From NCBI GenBank assembly GCA_963667015.2, contig CAXXJJ010000001.1, positions 512,001-576,000 of the forward strand: a stretch of DNA of 64,000 bases, given 5' to 3'. The notes beneath the pieces are model-generated. The model was given only the letters and a program-made list of their open reading frames with translations, ran no database searches and was not told where the DNA came from. This DNA comes from Desulfatiglandales bacterium (GTDB lineage: Bacteria > Desulfobacterota > DSM-4660 > Desulfatiglandales > HGW-15). Below are positions 38,457 through 49,653 of this stretch, one piece after another (the stretch's first letter is position 1; each line of letters opens with the position of its first letter). The position numbers and the translations under genes are program-made.

Positions 38457-38745
38457 ACTATTTTTTTCATCCGGAAGCAGAGGCAGAATTCGTTGCGGCC
38501 ATTGATTATTATGAGGAAAAACAATCAGGGCCTGGCTATGATTTTGCCCGAGAAGTCTATACAGGCATAAAAAGTATAATTGAACACCCTCAAACATGGC
38601 CGGTACTCGATGGGAAATTCGTCGCAGATTAATTGACCGCTTTCCTTATGGTATCCTTTACAGTGATGAAGGACAAACTGTATACATCCTGGCAGTCATG
38701 CACCTACACCGTGAACCGAATTATTGGAAAAAAAGAATAATATAG
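38453..38745 (+). pseudogene. RelE/ParE toxin, frameshifted
   Basis: MNYFFHPEAEAEF...HPQTWP then a 1-nt deletion near 38612 before IRRRLIDRFPYGILY...AVMHLHREPNYW. Confidence 0.85.
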
Positions 38746-38789
38746 TCAGTCAAGGTCACTAATCTTCGATTTTTTAATTTCTGGCGTTC

Positions 38790-39267
38790 CATTGCTTTCC
38801 CTAACAGCCTACAGTCTTTACCCTGTTAAATCCGCAAAGCGGGTTGCGAAGCAACATTTAACAGGGTGAACCGCTTCAGCCTGCATTTCCTCGCCTGCAT
38901 TTCCCCTTGACTAAACCCAATCCCAGGAGTAAACAAATAAGAATAATAAAGACTTACCAAGATATACAAACATTAAAATTGAACTGATTTATGAACTTTA
39001 GCTGTCGCGCCGAAGCTTGAACGTTTTGCGAAGGCGGAAACTTTGAATTTTGAATTTATAAACGTTGAATTTGCCTTTATTCTCCTGGACCTGACACCGT
39101 CGAAAGTTTGTAAGTTTTTTAAATGCATATCCAAAACGCTGCCAGCTCCAGCACTAAAAGTAACTGCTGGAAGAAAAAACAATGATTCGAAGAAATATAT
39201 ATAACCCCACTTTCTCAAATTGAGAGGTGGGGTTTTGTGTTTTGTGTCAAGAGTCAAGACCTGACAC
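38790..39267 (+). repeat. Composite repeat module upstream of the FRG gene (copy 1)
   Basis: Shares blocks with 42003-42435, including the CCCTGTTAAAT...ATTTAACAGGG palindrome. Confidence 0.8.
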
Positions 39268-39421
39268 TAATTCTTTTCTTTTGTTTCATGTCAGAGTCAA
39301 GACCTGACACCGATTCTTTTCTTAATGGCCCCATTTAATTAAACACAATATCAATGGTTTATCTCGTAAGTCTCATGAACTTATAAATGTCTCATAAATC
39401 AATTTTAAAGGAGTTTATAGA

Positions 39422-40321
39422 ATGTCAAAGGACGAATCAATTGATGCTATAAAAAAAAGGTTAGAAAAAATCAGGTTAGATAAAATTGAGGTTGATCAAA
39501 GTAAAAATATCATAGTTGAGGTAGAAGATTTTCCGACATTTATAACTGTGGCAAGAGAATTAAGAATACCTGATACAGGTCAAGAATATTGGTCTTTCAG
39601 AGGACAAAGAGATTGCGATAATATATTGGGAATATCTAGAAAATTTAAATCTACTTTTGATCTTAAGTTTATAAAAAAAAATAAAAATGAAATTAACACA
39701 AGAATAGATGCATTATTCAATGTTTTTTGTAAAAGGTGTCAAGAGTTTCCACAACCTGATTATCTGCATGAGGAAAATACTTGGAACTGGTTGTTTTATG
39801 CTCAGCACTATGGTTTAAAGACACGACTAGTAGACTGGTCCACTAACCCTTTAGTCGCACTTTATTTTGCTGTATCTAGTAATCCTCATAATAGGGATAC
39901 AAAAGATAAAAAGGATGGAGTTGTATGGGCTCTAAAAGTTGAAAATAATAAAGTTTTAAAGACAGAAGAATTAAAAGAGTGTAAACCAGGTTTATTAAAG
40001 GAGTGGACCTTAGTGGCTCCTCCCCCAATTACTTCGAGATTGGCGAGGCAATCAGGAAAATTTACATACCATCCAGACCCTTTTCTCGATATAGCTACTG
40101 AAAAAAGAGAAGATGTTATTTTTGTGAAGATAAAAATAAAAAAACCTAAGAAAAAAGATAATGAAAAACCTAATTATGATAGAATAAAAAAACAATTAGG
40201 AATAATGAATATCCACCAGGCATCATTATTTCCAGATGCAGATGGTGTCGCGAGATTTGTAAACAATGAATGGCATAAAATCGTTATCTGGGATGAACAT
40301 CATATAATTAAAGAGGAATAA
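39422..40321 (+). CDS. FRG domain protein
   Basis: FRGQ, AQHYGLKTRLVDWSTNPLVALYFA and R..RQSGKF motifs. Confidence 0.92.
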   Translation: MSKDESIDAIKKRLEKIRLDKIEVDQSKNIIVEVEDFPTFITVARELRIPDTGQEYWSFRGQRDCDNILGISRKFKSTFDLKFIKKNKNEINTRIDALFNVFCKRCQEFPQPDYLHEENTWNWLFYAQHYGLKTRLVDWSTNPLVALYFAVSSNPHNRDTKDKKDGVVWALKVENNKVLKTEELKECKPGLLKEWTLVAPPPITSRLARQSGKFTYHPDPFLDIATEKREDVIFVKIKIKKPKKKDNEKPNYDRIKKQLGIMNIHQASLFPDADGVARFVNNEWHKIVIWDEHHIIKEE

Positions 40322-40322
40322 T

Positions 40323-41795
40323 ATGAAAATCCTATATATAGCAGCAGAATGTAAGCCTTTTTCAAAAACAGGTGGAGTAGGAGATGTCACAGGCGAGTTG
40401 CCTCCTGCTATAGTGCAGGCAGATCCGTCTATTAAGATTGAGATTGTTACACCATATTATGGGAAAATAAAATCAGGCCCTTCACAAAAACCGGTAAATT
40501 CATATTCAGTTAAGTTTCAGGATAAAGATGAGATCGTTGAAATATATACCGGTGCATTAAAAGGTGTCCCTGTTACTTTTGTAAAAAATCCAACTTATTT
40601 TGAAGGAGACTATTCTGATCCATATATAAACAGTGAAAAAATTCCCTTTTATGATGATATACTTCGGTTCTCCTTTTTTTCTAAGGCCTGTCTTGAGTTA
40701 ATACGATCAAAAAATCCTGATATAGTTCATATCAATGACTGGGTTCTAGGCTATCTTTTTGGATGGATGGCTATAGAAAAAATGCCACAGAAACGGGTGC
40801 TTACCGTACACAACGTCGGATACCAGGGGAATATCGGCCAGGATACCATTAAAGGCTGGGATATTGAGGAGATCCTTAATAATGAAACAACCGGAAAATT
40901 ATTTCTAGACCCACGGTCAGAATGGAATAGTGTTAATGCCCTTCGTCTTGGATTAGAATTTTCAGATATTGTCAACACGGTCAGCCCCAACTACTGTAAG
41001 GAGATGACTGAACCTGAAGATAATCAGAGGTTTTTCGAAGGTGGAAAGGGGTTACATGAGATAGCGAAAACATTATTTCAAGATAAAAAGCTGATCGGTA
41101 TTACAAATGGATTTGAGTATTCTATTAAGGCTACAAAAAAAACATTTGTGGACACAATAAAGCAAAAAATTAAAATGAAAAAAGCTCTGTCAAAAGATTT
41201 TGCTAATCCGAGTACTTTCCTTTTAGGTTTTGTTGGAAGAGCTGTGGAACAAAAATTCAAACTGTTGACTGAGATCATTGATGGGAAAAGCGTTTTAGCA
41301 CATCTACTCGATATTCCGGATCTTAATATAGCAATACTTGCGACCGGACTTGAAGAGTATGAAAAATTTATCGCAGAGTTTATTGGAAAGCCGAATTATT
41401 CGGCGACAATCGCATTTGATAAAGATAAAGCTCAGCAAATAAGTCTTGGGAGTGATGTTTTTCTCATGCCCAGTTTGTTTGAGCCTTGTGGTATAACACA
41501 GATGGAATCTATGAGTAATGCTACTCCCGCTTTAGTTAGGTGGACTGGTGGTCTGGTAGATACAGTTGTTTCACATACTCTACAAAGTGGTACCGGATTT
41601 GGATTTGATGGAGCAAGCAGGGATGAAGTTTTAAGAAATCTGATAGATACAGTGAAAGAATCCTTATCGTTCTTCAAAAATAATCATGATTCATTTTTAA
41701 AACTACAAGCCAGAGCATTTAAGAAGAGATTTTTATGGTCTGATGCTGCTGGTGAATATATCGAAAAAATCTATAAACCTTTAATGCAGAATTAA
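40323..41795 (+). CDS. Glycogen/starch synthase-like GT5 glycosyltransferase
   Basis: KTGGVGDV, HINDW, TVHN..YQG and PSLFEPCGITQM motifs. Confidence 0.88.
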   Translation: MKILYIAAECKPFSKTGGVGDVTGELPPAIVQADPSIKIEIVTPYYGKIKSGPSQKPVNSYSVKFQDKDEIVEIYTGALKGVPVTFVKNPTYFEGDYSDPYINSEKIPFYDDILRFSFFSKACLELIRSKNPDIVHINDWVLGYLFGWMAIEKMPQKRVLTVHNVGYQGNIGQDTIKGWDIEEILNNETTGKLFLDPRSEWNSVNALRLGLEFSDIVNTVSPNYCKEMTEPEDNQRFFEGGKGLHEIAKTLFQDKKLIGITNGFEYSIKATKKTFVDTIKQKIKMKKALSKDFANPSTFLLGFVGRAVEQKFKLLTEIIDGKSVLAHLLDIPDLNIAILATGLEEYEKFIAEFIGKPNYSATIAFDKDKAQQISLGSDVFLMPSLFEPCGITQMESMSNATPALVRWTGGLVDTVVSHTLQSGTGFGFDGASRDEVLRNLIDTVKESLSFFKNNHDSFLKLQARAFKKRFLWSDAAGEYIEKIYKPLMQN

Positions 41796-42002
41796 AAAAC
41801 GAGAGTCTTTTCAGCTTGGCTGTCTCAGCCGCGCTGAGCTCATAACGCTTTAAGCTTTTCATCTTTTTCTTTAACCGTCTTAAGCATACAGTCTTCAGTC
41901 TGTTTTACTCCGAACCCTACTTTTTATCTGTCATTCTGCGGCTTGACCGGAGAATCCAGCTTTCCCTCTTTGCACTTTACTGATTTCTGATTTCTAGTTT
42001 TT

Positions 42003-42435
42003 CATTGTTTTCCCTAACAGTCTACAGCCTAAACCGCTTCAGCCTATATTTCTTTCCCCTTGACTAAACCCAATCCCGGGAGTAAACAAATAAGGATAAT
42101 AAAGACTTACCACGGTATACTCGCGAAAGCGTTTCATAATAATTGTATATATTTTCCTAACAGCCTTTAGCCTTTACCCTGTTAAATCCGCAAAGCGGGT
42201 TGCGAAGCAACATTTAACAGGGTGAAAAGCTTCAGCCTGTTTATAATCTCCTGGACCTGACACCGTCGAAAGTTTGTAAGGCTTACCAATGCATATCCAA
42301 AGCGCTGCCAGTTCCAGCACTTAAAAGAATTTGCTGGAAAAAACAATGATTTGAATAAAAAAAATATATAACCTCCACTTGTTCAAATAGAGATGGGGGG
42401 TGTGTTTTATATGTCCAATTTCAAGGGCAGACTCC
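42003..42435 (+). repeat. Composite repeat module upstream of the MBL gene (copy 2)
   Basis: Direct repeat of blocks in 38790-39267, partly in different order. Confidence 0.8.
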
Positions 42436-42482
42436 GCTATTTTTTTAGACGTTACAATTTTATTTAATAAGGAGAAATCATA

Positions 42483-43418
42483 ATGACAATAAAATTACCA
42501 GACAAAGGTTTTGTATTCTGGCCTGTTGGAACTGGGGATAGCTCCACGATAGTAGTCAAAAAGGATGAGATTGTATTGCAAATTGACCTCCATCATTTAT
42601 CAAAATCAGATAACGATAACGATCCTCATTGCGCAATTGTGGACGAGTTGGTTGATTGCCTACCTAAAAAGGATGGGAAGCCGTTTTTATCTGTATTTGC
42701 ACTGACCCATCCCGATGAGGACCATATCAAAGGATTCAAAGATCTTTTAGATAAAGTGACCATTGGTGAAATATGGCAGACACCTAGAATATTCCGGGAG
42801 TACAAAAAAGACCTTTGTGATGATGCGATCACATTTAAGAATGAGGTTACTAGACGACGGGACAAAACTATAAAAGATAAAGGGAATGTGGGACTTGGTG
42901 ATATGATACGTGTAATTGGCCATGATTTGATCTTTGAATCTGGTAATTACAAGGATTTCCCTGATTATTGGAGGACCTATCCAGGTAACACCATCATCGA
43001 AATTAATCATGAATCGGTCGAAGATGATTTTGCAGCATTTGTACATGCGCCCTTCAAGGACGATAGCGCTTCGGAAAGAAACGATACCAGTCTTGCCCTA
43101 CAAATTGAGGTTAAAGATGGAGATGGAGTCGGGAAAGCTCTTTTCTTTGGCGACAGAGCCTACCCAACCATCAAAAAGATATTCGATAAAACGAAGGAAA
43201 AGGATCGAACTGAATACCTTGAATGGAATGTAATGTTATCGTCTCATCATTGCTCAAAAAAAGTGATGTACTGGAAAGGCGAGGAAGACAAAGCCGAGAC
43301 ATTGAAACGAGATATATTAGATGATTTTGAGGAATATAGATTAGACGGAGCTTATATTATTGCCAGCAGTGAATCTGATTTCTCCGATGAAGAGGGAAAA
43401 AACCCACCTCACTTGTAA
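42483..43418 (+). CDS. ComEC-like metallo-beta-lactamase fold hydrolase, possibly C-terminally truncated
   Basis: VGTGDS, THPDEDHIKG, NDTS, FGD, HHCS and NPPH motifs. Confidence 0.82.
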   Translation: MTIKLPDKGFVFWPVGTGDSSTIVVKKDEIVLQIDLHHLSKSDNDNDPHCAIVDELVDCLPKKDGKPFLSVFALTHPDEDHIKGFKDLLDKVTIGEIWQTPRIFREYKKDLCDDAITFKNEVTRRRDKTIKDKGNVGLGDMIRVIGHDLIFESGNYKDFPDYWRTYPGNTIIEINHESVEDDFAAFVHAPFKDDSASERNDTSLALQIEVKDGDGVGKALFFGDRAYPTIKKIFDKTKEKDRTEYLEWNVMLSSHHCSKKVMYWKGEEDKAETLKRDILDDFEEYRLDGAYIIASSESDFSDEEGKNPPHL

Positions 43419-44008
43419 AAAAGCAAGGGTGTCATAAAAAGCAAAAGTGTCAGGTCTTTACTTTTGACAGACCATAATATTCGCAAGCAATGAAAACTAG
43501 GGGACGCAACTCAAAATATCAAAACTCAATTGAATTGATAAATTGAAGAACGTTAATTCTTACACAGGTTAAACCAATCATTATACGAGAGGACTATATG
43601 AAAAAAAGCATATCAATTACCATACTGTTTTTCTTTATATTAATTTCGAATAGCTTCGCGACAAATGATGATTTTAAACCTGTTTCGAATACCGGAATTT
43701 ATTTATACGCTGATATGAATAATGCAGATGCTGCAACCTGGGTAGTATATGCTTATAGTCTTATTAAGTGGGATAAAGAACATCCGGAAAAGCGATGTAA
43801 TTTTGAAAAAGAATTTTATGCACGCAATCAAGCTATGACATTTGTTAAAGAATATTGTGTATTCCCCGGAATCCGGTTAACTACTCCACAGGAATCAGGA
43901 TAATGATTCCATATTAAAACGGATGGCTATTCCACGGCAAAGCGGATAGCGCAGCTAAAAAAAATAACAAAAAGATAAAACGTAAGACGCCAACGTCAAC
44001 AAATTTAC

Positions 44009-44758
44009 CTAATTTTCAGATTTAGTCAATGTAGACTTTTTCTTTCTCATGGTATTTCCTTTTAATTCTATTTTATAAGCGGAATGAACCAACCTGTCTA
44101 GAATGGCATCAGCGAGAGTAGGATCACCTATCAAGTCATGCCATGTATCAACAGGGAACTGGCTCGTGATCATGGTGGAAGATATGGAGTTTCTGTCTTC
44201 CAGTATTTCCAGTAAATCACGTCTGCTTTCATCGGTCATTTTAGCAAGACCCCAGTCATCAAAAAGCAGAAGATTTGTTTTTGCAAAGTCTCTCATAATT
44301 TTTCCATATCTACCATCTCCCTTTGCAATAAGTAGTTCATGGAAGATCCTGGGTGTCCGGATATATTGCACAGTGTAACCTTCTCTGCATGCCTTTTGGG
44401 CGAGCGCACAGGCGATATAGGTTTTGCCTGTTCCGGTAGGTCCTGTGATAATGAGATTATTGGCGCTTTTTATCCAGTCACAGGAAAAGAGTTTTGCCAT
44501 CAAGGATTTATCCAGGCCCCTTGGGTGCTTAAAGTCAATATCCTCTACGCAGGCATTCTGTCTCAGTTTTGCTTTTTTAAGCCGTGTTTTGAGTCTTCGG
44601 TTTTCCCTGTATGTGGCTTCTCTATCTACAATAAGCCCCAGACGCTCTTCAAAGGAAAGGGATTCAATATCCGTCATTTGCATCTGTTCCTGAAGTGTGA
44701 GAGCCATACCATTTAGTCTTAAAGATTTGAGTTGATCAATAATCGGATGAATCAGCAT
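44009..44758 (-). CDS. istB: IS21 helper ATPase
   Basis: GPTGTGKT, LLFDDWG and ADAILDRL motifs. Confidence 0.95.
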   Translation of the reverse strand: MLIHPIIDQLKSLRLNGMALTLQEQMQMTDIESLSFEERLGLIVDREATYRENRRLKTRLKKAKLRQNACVEDIDFKHPRGLDKSLMAKLFSCDWIKSANNLIITGPTGTGKTYIACALAQKACREGYTVQYIRTPRIFHELLIAKGDGRYGKIMRDFAKTNLLLFDDWGLAKMTDESRRDLLEILEDRNSISSTMITSQFPVDTWHDLIGDPTLADAILDRLVHSAYKIELKGNTMRKKKSTLTKSEN

Positions 44759-46316
44759 AAGTATTTTCTCCTTCTTTAGTTTGATAATATTTAGGACCTC
44801 TGATATTAGAATGAGTTATAAAAGAGGTCTGTTGCGGGCCTTCTTTTTGAGGGGGCAGCCTGTCAAGGCCCTTCTCAAGGATGGCGCGGATGCTTTTATA
44901 CGAGGGGCTTCCAATCGCCAGAGCTCTTGAACAGGCGGCCTCCAATCTTTCCTGTGTGTAATCTTTGCCAAGACTTATTATCCCAAGGCAGGACCTGAAA
45001 CCCTGTTGAGGATGCATCCTGCTTCCCATAATAACCTCTACTGTCCTGGCAGTGGATTTACCTGTTTTAGCTGCCCAGTCGATAATCCTCTGGGGTGTCC
45101 ATTCAGCATGTTTTTTGTGAGCCTCAGGCATATGTTCAGGAAGTGTGGTAAATCTTATTGCGGGATCATGCTTGTGGCTGGCTACGCGTTTTCCCTTGTA
45201 AAGTACCTCAATAATATTTTGCGTGATCCTGGCATCCATTTTTCTTCCAGCAAGCTGATACGGGACAGAGTAATAATATCCCTTAACCTCAATGTGGTAA
45301 TCAGGGCCAGGCCTTACTATTTTCCATTCTGCGTAGGTATATGGTTCAAGAGGTAATGGCTTTAAGGCCGGTTTGTCCAGTTCCTCAAAGGTTGACTGCC
45401 TTGTCCCGGGAAGTTTCTGAAAAGGTCTGGTGTTTAAATCCTTAAGCAGATTTTTTATTGTTGAGTTGAGATCATACAGACTGAAGAATTTAATATTGCG
45501 CAGCCTCGCCAGTATCCACTGTTCAACTATCTTTACCCCTGTTTCCACCTTGGACTTGTCCTTTGGTTTTCTAACTCTGGCAGGTATAACAGCACACCTG
45601 TAATGTGATGCCATTGCGTGATACGTAGGATTAATATCAGGCTCATATCTACAGGATTTATCAACTCCTGATTTGAGATTGTCAGGGACTATTATCTCAG
45701 GAACTCCACCCAGAAACTTAAATGCTCTGACATGAGATGATATCCAGTCGGGAAGAGATTGGCTCCAGGTTGCTTCAGCGTATGTGTAATTACTGGCTCC
45801 CATGGTTGCAACAAATATCTGGGCGTCTTTTATCTCTCCGGTATTTTTGTCAATAATAGGTACTGTTTGACCTGCATAATCAACAAAAAGCTTCTCTCCA
45901 GCCCTGTGATTGAATCGCATTGTAACATCTATTTTTCCGGACCACTCTTTGTAGTTCCGGCAGAACCAGCTGTACTCATATCCATCAGGGTATGTTTCCT
46001 TATATTCCTGCCATAAAAGAAAAAGCGTTACGCTCTTTTTCTTGAGTTCTTTATGTATATAGCTCCAGTCAGGTATAGGCTTTTGTGGATCTTTGTTCTC
46101 AGGCTGTTTATATAGTAACTGTTCCAGTTGGTTATCATCCATCTCATCCGGCAAGGGCCATTTTAAACCCGCTTTTTTTGCCCGATTGATATACTCTCCA
46201 ACTGTGGTGTGACCAATATTACAGCTTCGACCTATTTCCTCATATGACAGGTCAGCTTCGTATTTTAAACGCAGAACTTCCTTTATCTTTCTCATTGTAA
46301 TCCTCTTTCTTGACAT
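44736..46316 (-). CDS. istA: IS21 transposase
   Basis: MRKIKEVLRL, FVDYAG, PDNLKSGV and PKDKSKVE motifs. Confidence 0.95.
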   Translation of the reverse strand: MSRKRITMRKIKEVLRLKYEADLSYEEIGRSCNIGHTTVGEYINRAKKAGLKWPLPDEMDDNQLEQLLYKQPENKDPQKPIPDWSYIHKELKKKSVTLFLLWQEYKETYPDGYEYSWFCRNYKEWSGKIDVTMRFNHRAGEKLFVDYAGQTVPIIDKNTGEIKDAQIFVATMGASNYTYAEATWSQSLPDWISSHVRAFKFLGGVPEIIVPDNLKSGVDKSCRYEPDINPTYHAMASHYRCAVIPARVRKPKDKSKVETGVKIVEQWILARLRNIKFFSLYDLNSTIKNLLKDLNTRPFQKLPGTRQSTFEELDKPALKPLPLEPYTYAEWKIVRPGPDYHIEVKGYYYSVPYQLAGRKMDARITQNIIEVLYKGKRVASHKHDPAIRFTTLPEHMPEAHKKHAEWTPQRIIDWAAKTGKSTARTVEVIMGSRMHPQQGFRSCLGIISLGKDYTQERLEAACSRALAIGSPSYKSIRAILEKGLDRLPPQKEGPQQTSFITHSNIRGPKYYQTKEGENTYADSSDY

Positions 46317-47598
46317 CTGTTCCTCCAAATTCTGTATTTGGGGCACAGATTATCATCTTTTTTCTGCGTCTTATTTTTGTTATTATTTGGCCGGGTTGAC
46401 CTGGGTAGCTTATCCGCTTTGGCGGAGAATCACCATCCGGATTACCGTGGAATCCTTATCCGGATAACTTTGGAATCGCCATCCGCTTTCCCGTGGAATC
46501 GGCATCCGGATTGGCGGGCATTATACAAAGAATATAGAGAAAGCGACACAAAAAAAGATGATATCGAGGACAAGCAAATAATTGCAATGGAACTTGCTTA
46601 TGATCAGAATTTGTTACGTGAATTTGTATGGCATTATTTTGACAATTCAAATTGCGAAAAACCAGATGAACTTAATTTAGAAATTTATAATAAATGGAAA
46701 GAAAAGAATCTTGCAGATTTCAAACCTGAACTTCGTGCATATTTCGAAGCTCCAAAGGTTACAAATCAACCTGCACCTGAAAAAGTCAAAAATGAACAGA
46801 TATCTGAAAAGTCAGCAAATCAATCTATTCCTGCCGATCTTGAAGAGAAATATGGGGAATTAGTCAAAGAGGGATATAATAAACTGATTTCCAGGCATGC
46901 AAAAGAATCTATTGATAAATATTTTAATCCTACGATTGAAGCCTTCAATTCCTACTATGGCTGCAAACAGGTATATTGCGCCCGTGTACGGGAAGAAATG
47001 TTATTTTACCTTCTTAAGTCTGCTGAAAAAAAAGAAGAAGCCGAAGTACTTCCTCAATTATGGGCTGATGCTTTTTATCTTAAAGGGTGTGCAAGTGTGG
47101 AATTGGGAAAAATTGAAGATGCTAAAACCTTTATTAAAAAAGCATTAGAGCTTTCCCCCTCAAATTCAATGTACTTGGCTGAGCTTGGACATATCTATCA
47201 GGGAGAGAAAAAACTGGTTGAAGCCATGGAACTTTTTAAAAGGGCTGAAGAATCAGCAAGTGCCTATTCGCCTGAAAACGTAAAAAACACGGAATTGACA
47301 AGAGCAATGCGTGGAGTTGGGTATAGTTTAATTGAGCTTGGAAGGTTAGATGAGGCTGAAGAGAAATATAAAAAATGTCTCGAAATTAATAAGGACGATA
47401 AAACAGCCTTAGGTGAACTTAGCTACATACAGAGACTGAAGAATAAAAACAATCATTAACATTTGCACCAATTTGAAAAACAATGGGGTCAAGAAAAACA
47501 ATGAAGCGGTACGCTGTTAAGTTTTAAAGTTGATATTAGAAGGAAAATAAAAGAACAGCGCGACATGGGACACACGAGGAACCGGGAATCTGAAAATA

Positions 47599-48159
47599 AT
47601 GAATGAGAATAAAGAAAAATCAGGTGTAATATATGATAAAAATGATTATGCCGGTTTAATAAAACGTATAATCATTGCTGTGGTTGATATTCTGATAATT
47701 TTAATAGTTATGAGTGCCGTTTTATATTTATCGGACTACATAATAAATGATGAAATAACTTATATTAAATTCAATTTCATTTTCTTTTTTATTTTTTCTA
47801 TTTGTTATTTAGGGCTACTAAAACGCTCAAAAATAAGGACCTTGGGCTACATTCTTACAGGCGTTAAAATAGTGGATCTCAGAGGAAACAAGCCCTCAGT
47901 ATTCAATATGGTATTTAGAACAATTTTATTACTCGTTGGACCATTTGAACTTATCTTCGATATTATTTGGCTTATGCACGAATCGACCAAACAAACACTG
48001 CGAGATAAATACGTTGGCACTTATGTAATAAATAAAAATGCAAATCCTGTTGGTTCAGGTCTCCTACAAAGTGTTACTCTTAATGTATTAGGATACAACC
48101 TGGTTTATAGAGAAGTAAAAGACGAATATTTTAAAACCGAAAAACACACAACGATTTAA
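47599..48159 (+). CDS. RDD family membrane protein
   Basis: YAGLIKRII...VD, TLG and QTLRDK motifs. Confidence 0.85.
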   Translation: MNENKEKSGVIYDKNDYAGLIKRIIIAVVDILIILIVMSAVLYLSDYIINDEITYIKFNFIFFFIFSICYLGLLKRSKIRTLGYILTGVKIVDLRGNKPSVFNMVFRTILLLVGPFELIFDIIWLMHESTKQTLRDKYVGTYVINKNANPVGSGLLQSVTLNVLGYNLVYREVKDEYFKTEKHTTI

Positions 48160-48462
48160 TAACCACGGATTTGGCGAAAAGCCTGCCAAACCAGTTATCA
48201 ACGCGCTGGATAAAATGAAAGAACTACAATTTAAAATATTTACAAGAGGCTCTTCTGGGTTAAAAGCAACGGAGTCGCGTCTTGACATTTGACAGATCCT
48301 GTCCATGTAAAAACAGAAGGGTCAGGTCTGGACAATTGACAGAGTATTTTGTTTTTGTCCAATGTCCAGACCTGACCCCTATATTTTTGTGATATTAATA
48401 ACAGCACAGGGTTAAACAAATACACTACCGGGTCGCAGCTCAATCTTTACAAATTGTAAAGA

Positions 48463-49653
48463 ATGATCTATGATGCCTCAATGATTACCAGAACAATATC
48501 AAAAAAACTACTGGAACTATCAACCCAGTATCCGGTTGTAGCCATTAATGGGCCAAGACAATCAGGAAAAACAACTCTTGTGAGGCATGTATTTCCAGAC
48601 ATGAAATACATGTCGCTTGAAGATCCCGATACCAGAGAGTTTGCAATCACCGACCCAAGGGGCTTTCTATCCATCTGTTCCGAAGGTGCAATACTTGATG
48701 AAGTTCAACGTTCACCGGATCTGTTTTCATACATCCAGACAATAGTAGACGAAAAAAAGGAAGAAGGGCTATTCATTCTTACAGGGTCTTTTAATTTTGG
48801 CTTAATGGAGGGTATTACTCAATCTCTTGCCGGCAGAACCGGATTGTTGACCCTGCTCCCTTTTTCATACCATGAATTGGAAACGGCTTCGATGGCTCCT
48901 TCTACCCTGGAAACGCTATTATACAAAGGATATTATCCACGTATTTATGATAAAAACTTACCGCCATCTGAATGGTATGCAAACTATTTAACAACATATC
49001 TTGAGCGGGATGTCAGAGCTCTAAAAAAAATACCGGACCTTGACCAGTTTCAAAAATTTATAAAAATGTGTGCGGGACGCTGTGGTCAGCTTTTGAATTT
49101 ATCATCACTGGGAAATGATTGCGGGATCACACATAATACAGCAAAGGCATGGTTGTCTGTGCTAAGAGCAAGCTATGTCATTTTTACGCTGCAGCCGCAT
49201 CATAAAAATTTTAACAAGCGTCTGGTTAAAAGCCCAAAATTGTATTTCAATGATACAGGTCTATTATGTTACCTTTTAGGAATCTCAAAAGCAGAAGATC
49301 TTAAAACACACTCTTTAAGAGGTTCAATCTTTGAGTCATGGGTAATTTCAGAATTGTTAAAAGGAAGATACAATCGTGGATTAAAGGAAAACCTTTATTT
49401 TTGGCGAGATAATACAGGTAATGAAGTGGATTGTATTATAGAGCAGGGAAACAGTCTGATCCCGTTAGAAATAAAATCAGGAGAAACAATATCAAAAGAC
49501 TTTTTTAAAGGTCTTAGCTACTGGTCAAAAATATCCGGGGCAAGTCAATCAGAAGCATACCTGATTTATGGTGGAGATTTGTCACAAAAAAGAAGCGATG
49601 GTGTTGTTGAGGGATGGAAATCATTTGCAGAAAAGCTTTCCTTGACAATCTGA
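48463..49653 (+). CDS. AAA_14 ATPase with DUF4143 domain
   Basis: GPRQSGKTT, LDEVQ, SLAGR, KSPKLYF.DTGL and EVD...EIK motifs. Confidence 0.92.
   Translation: MIYDASMITRTISKKLLELSTQYPVVAINGPRQSGKTTLVRHVFPDMKYMSLEDPDTREFAITDPRGFLSICSEGAILDEVQRSPDLFSYIQTIVDEKKEEGLFILTGSFNFGLMEGITQSLAGRTGLLTLLPFSYHELETASMAPSTLETLLYKGYYPRIYDKNLPPSEWYANYLTTYLERDVRALKKIPDLDQFQKFIKMCAGRCGQLLNLSSLGNDCGITHNTAKAWLSVLRASYVIFTLQPHHKNFNKRLVKSPKLYFNDTGLLCYLLGISKAEDLKTHSLRGSIFESWVISELLKGRYNRGLKENLYFWRDNTGNEVDCIIEQGNSLIPLEIKSGETISKDFFKGLSYWSKISGASQSEAYLIYGGDLSQKRSDGVVEGWKSFAEKLSLTI

Larger units (their letters stand above)
43856..46527 (-). mobile_element. IS21-family element
   Basis: TG...CA ends with internal repeats; 8-bp duplication AAGAATAT (43848-43855, 46528-46535). 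Confidence 0.93.
43598..47459 (+). pseudogene. Secreted TPR protein (393 aa) interrupted by IS21
   Basis: ...FVKEY (to 43855) joins in frame to RESDTKK... (from 46536); signal peptide and C-terminal TPR repeats. Confidence 0.85.

Noticed and set aside
40323..41795. Gene symbol glgA
   Set aside because: The family is clear, but the accessory context and absence of other glg genes make orthology uncertain.
43598..47459. ORFs 43598-43903 and 46338-47459 as two genes
   Set aside because: Both include IS21 end sequence; the 8-bp duplication shows one interrupted gene.
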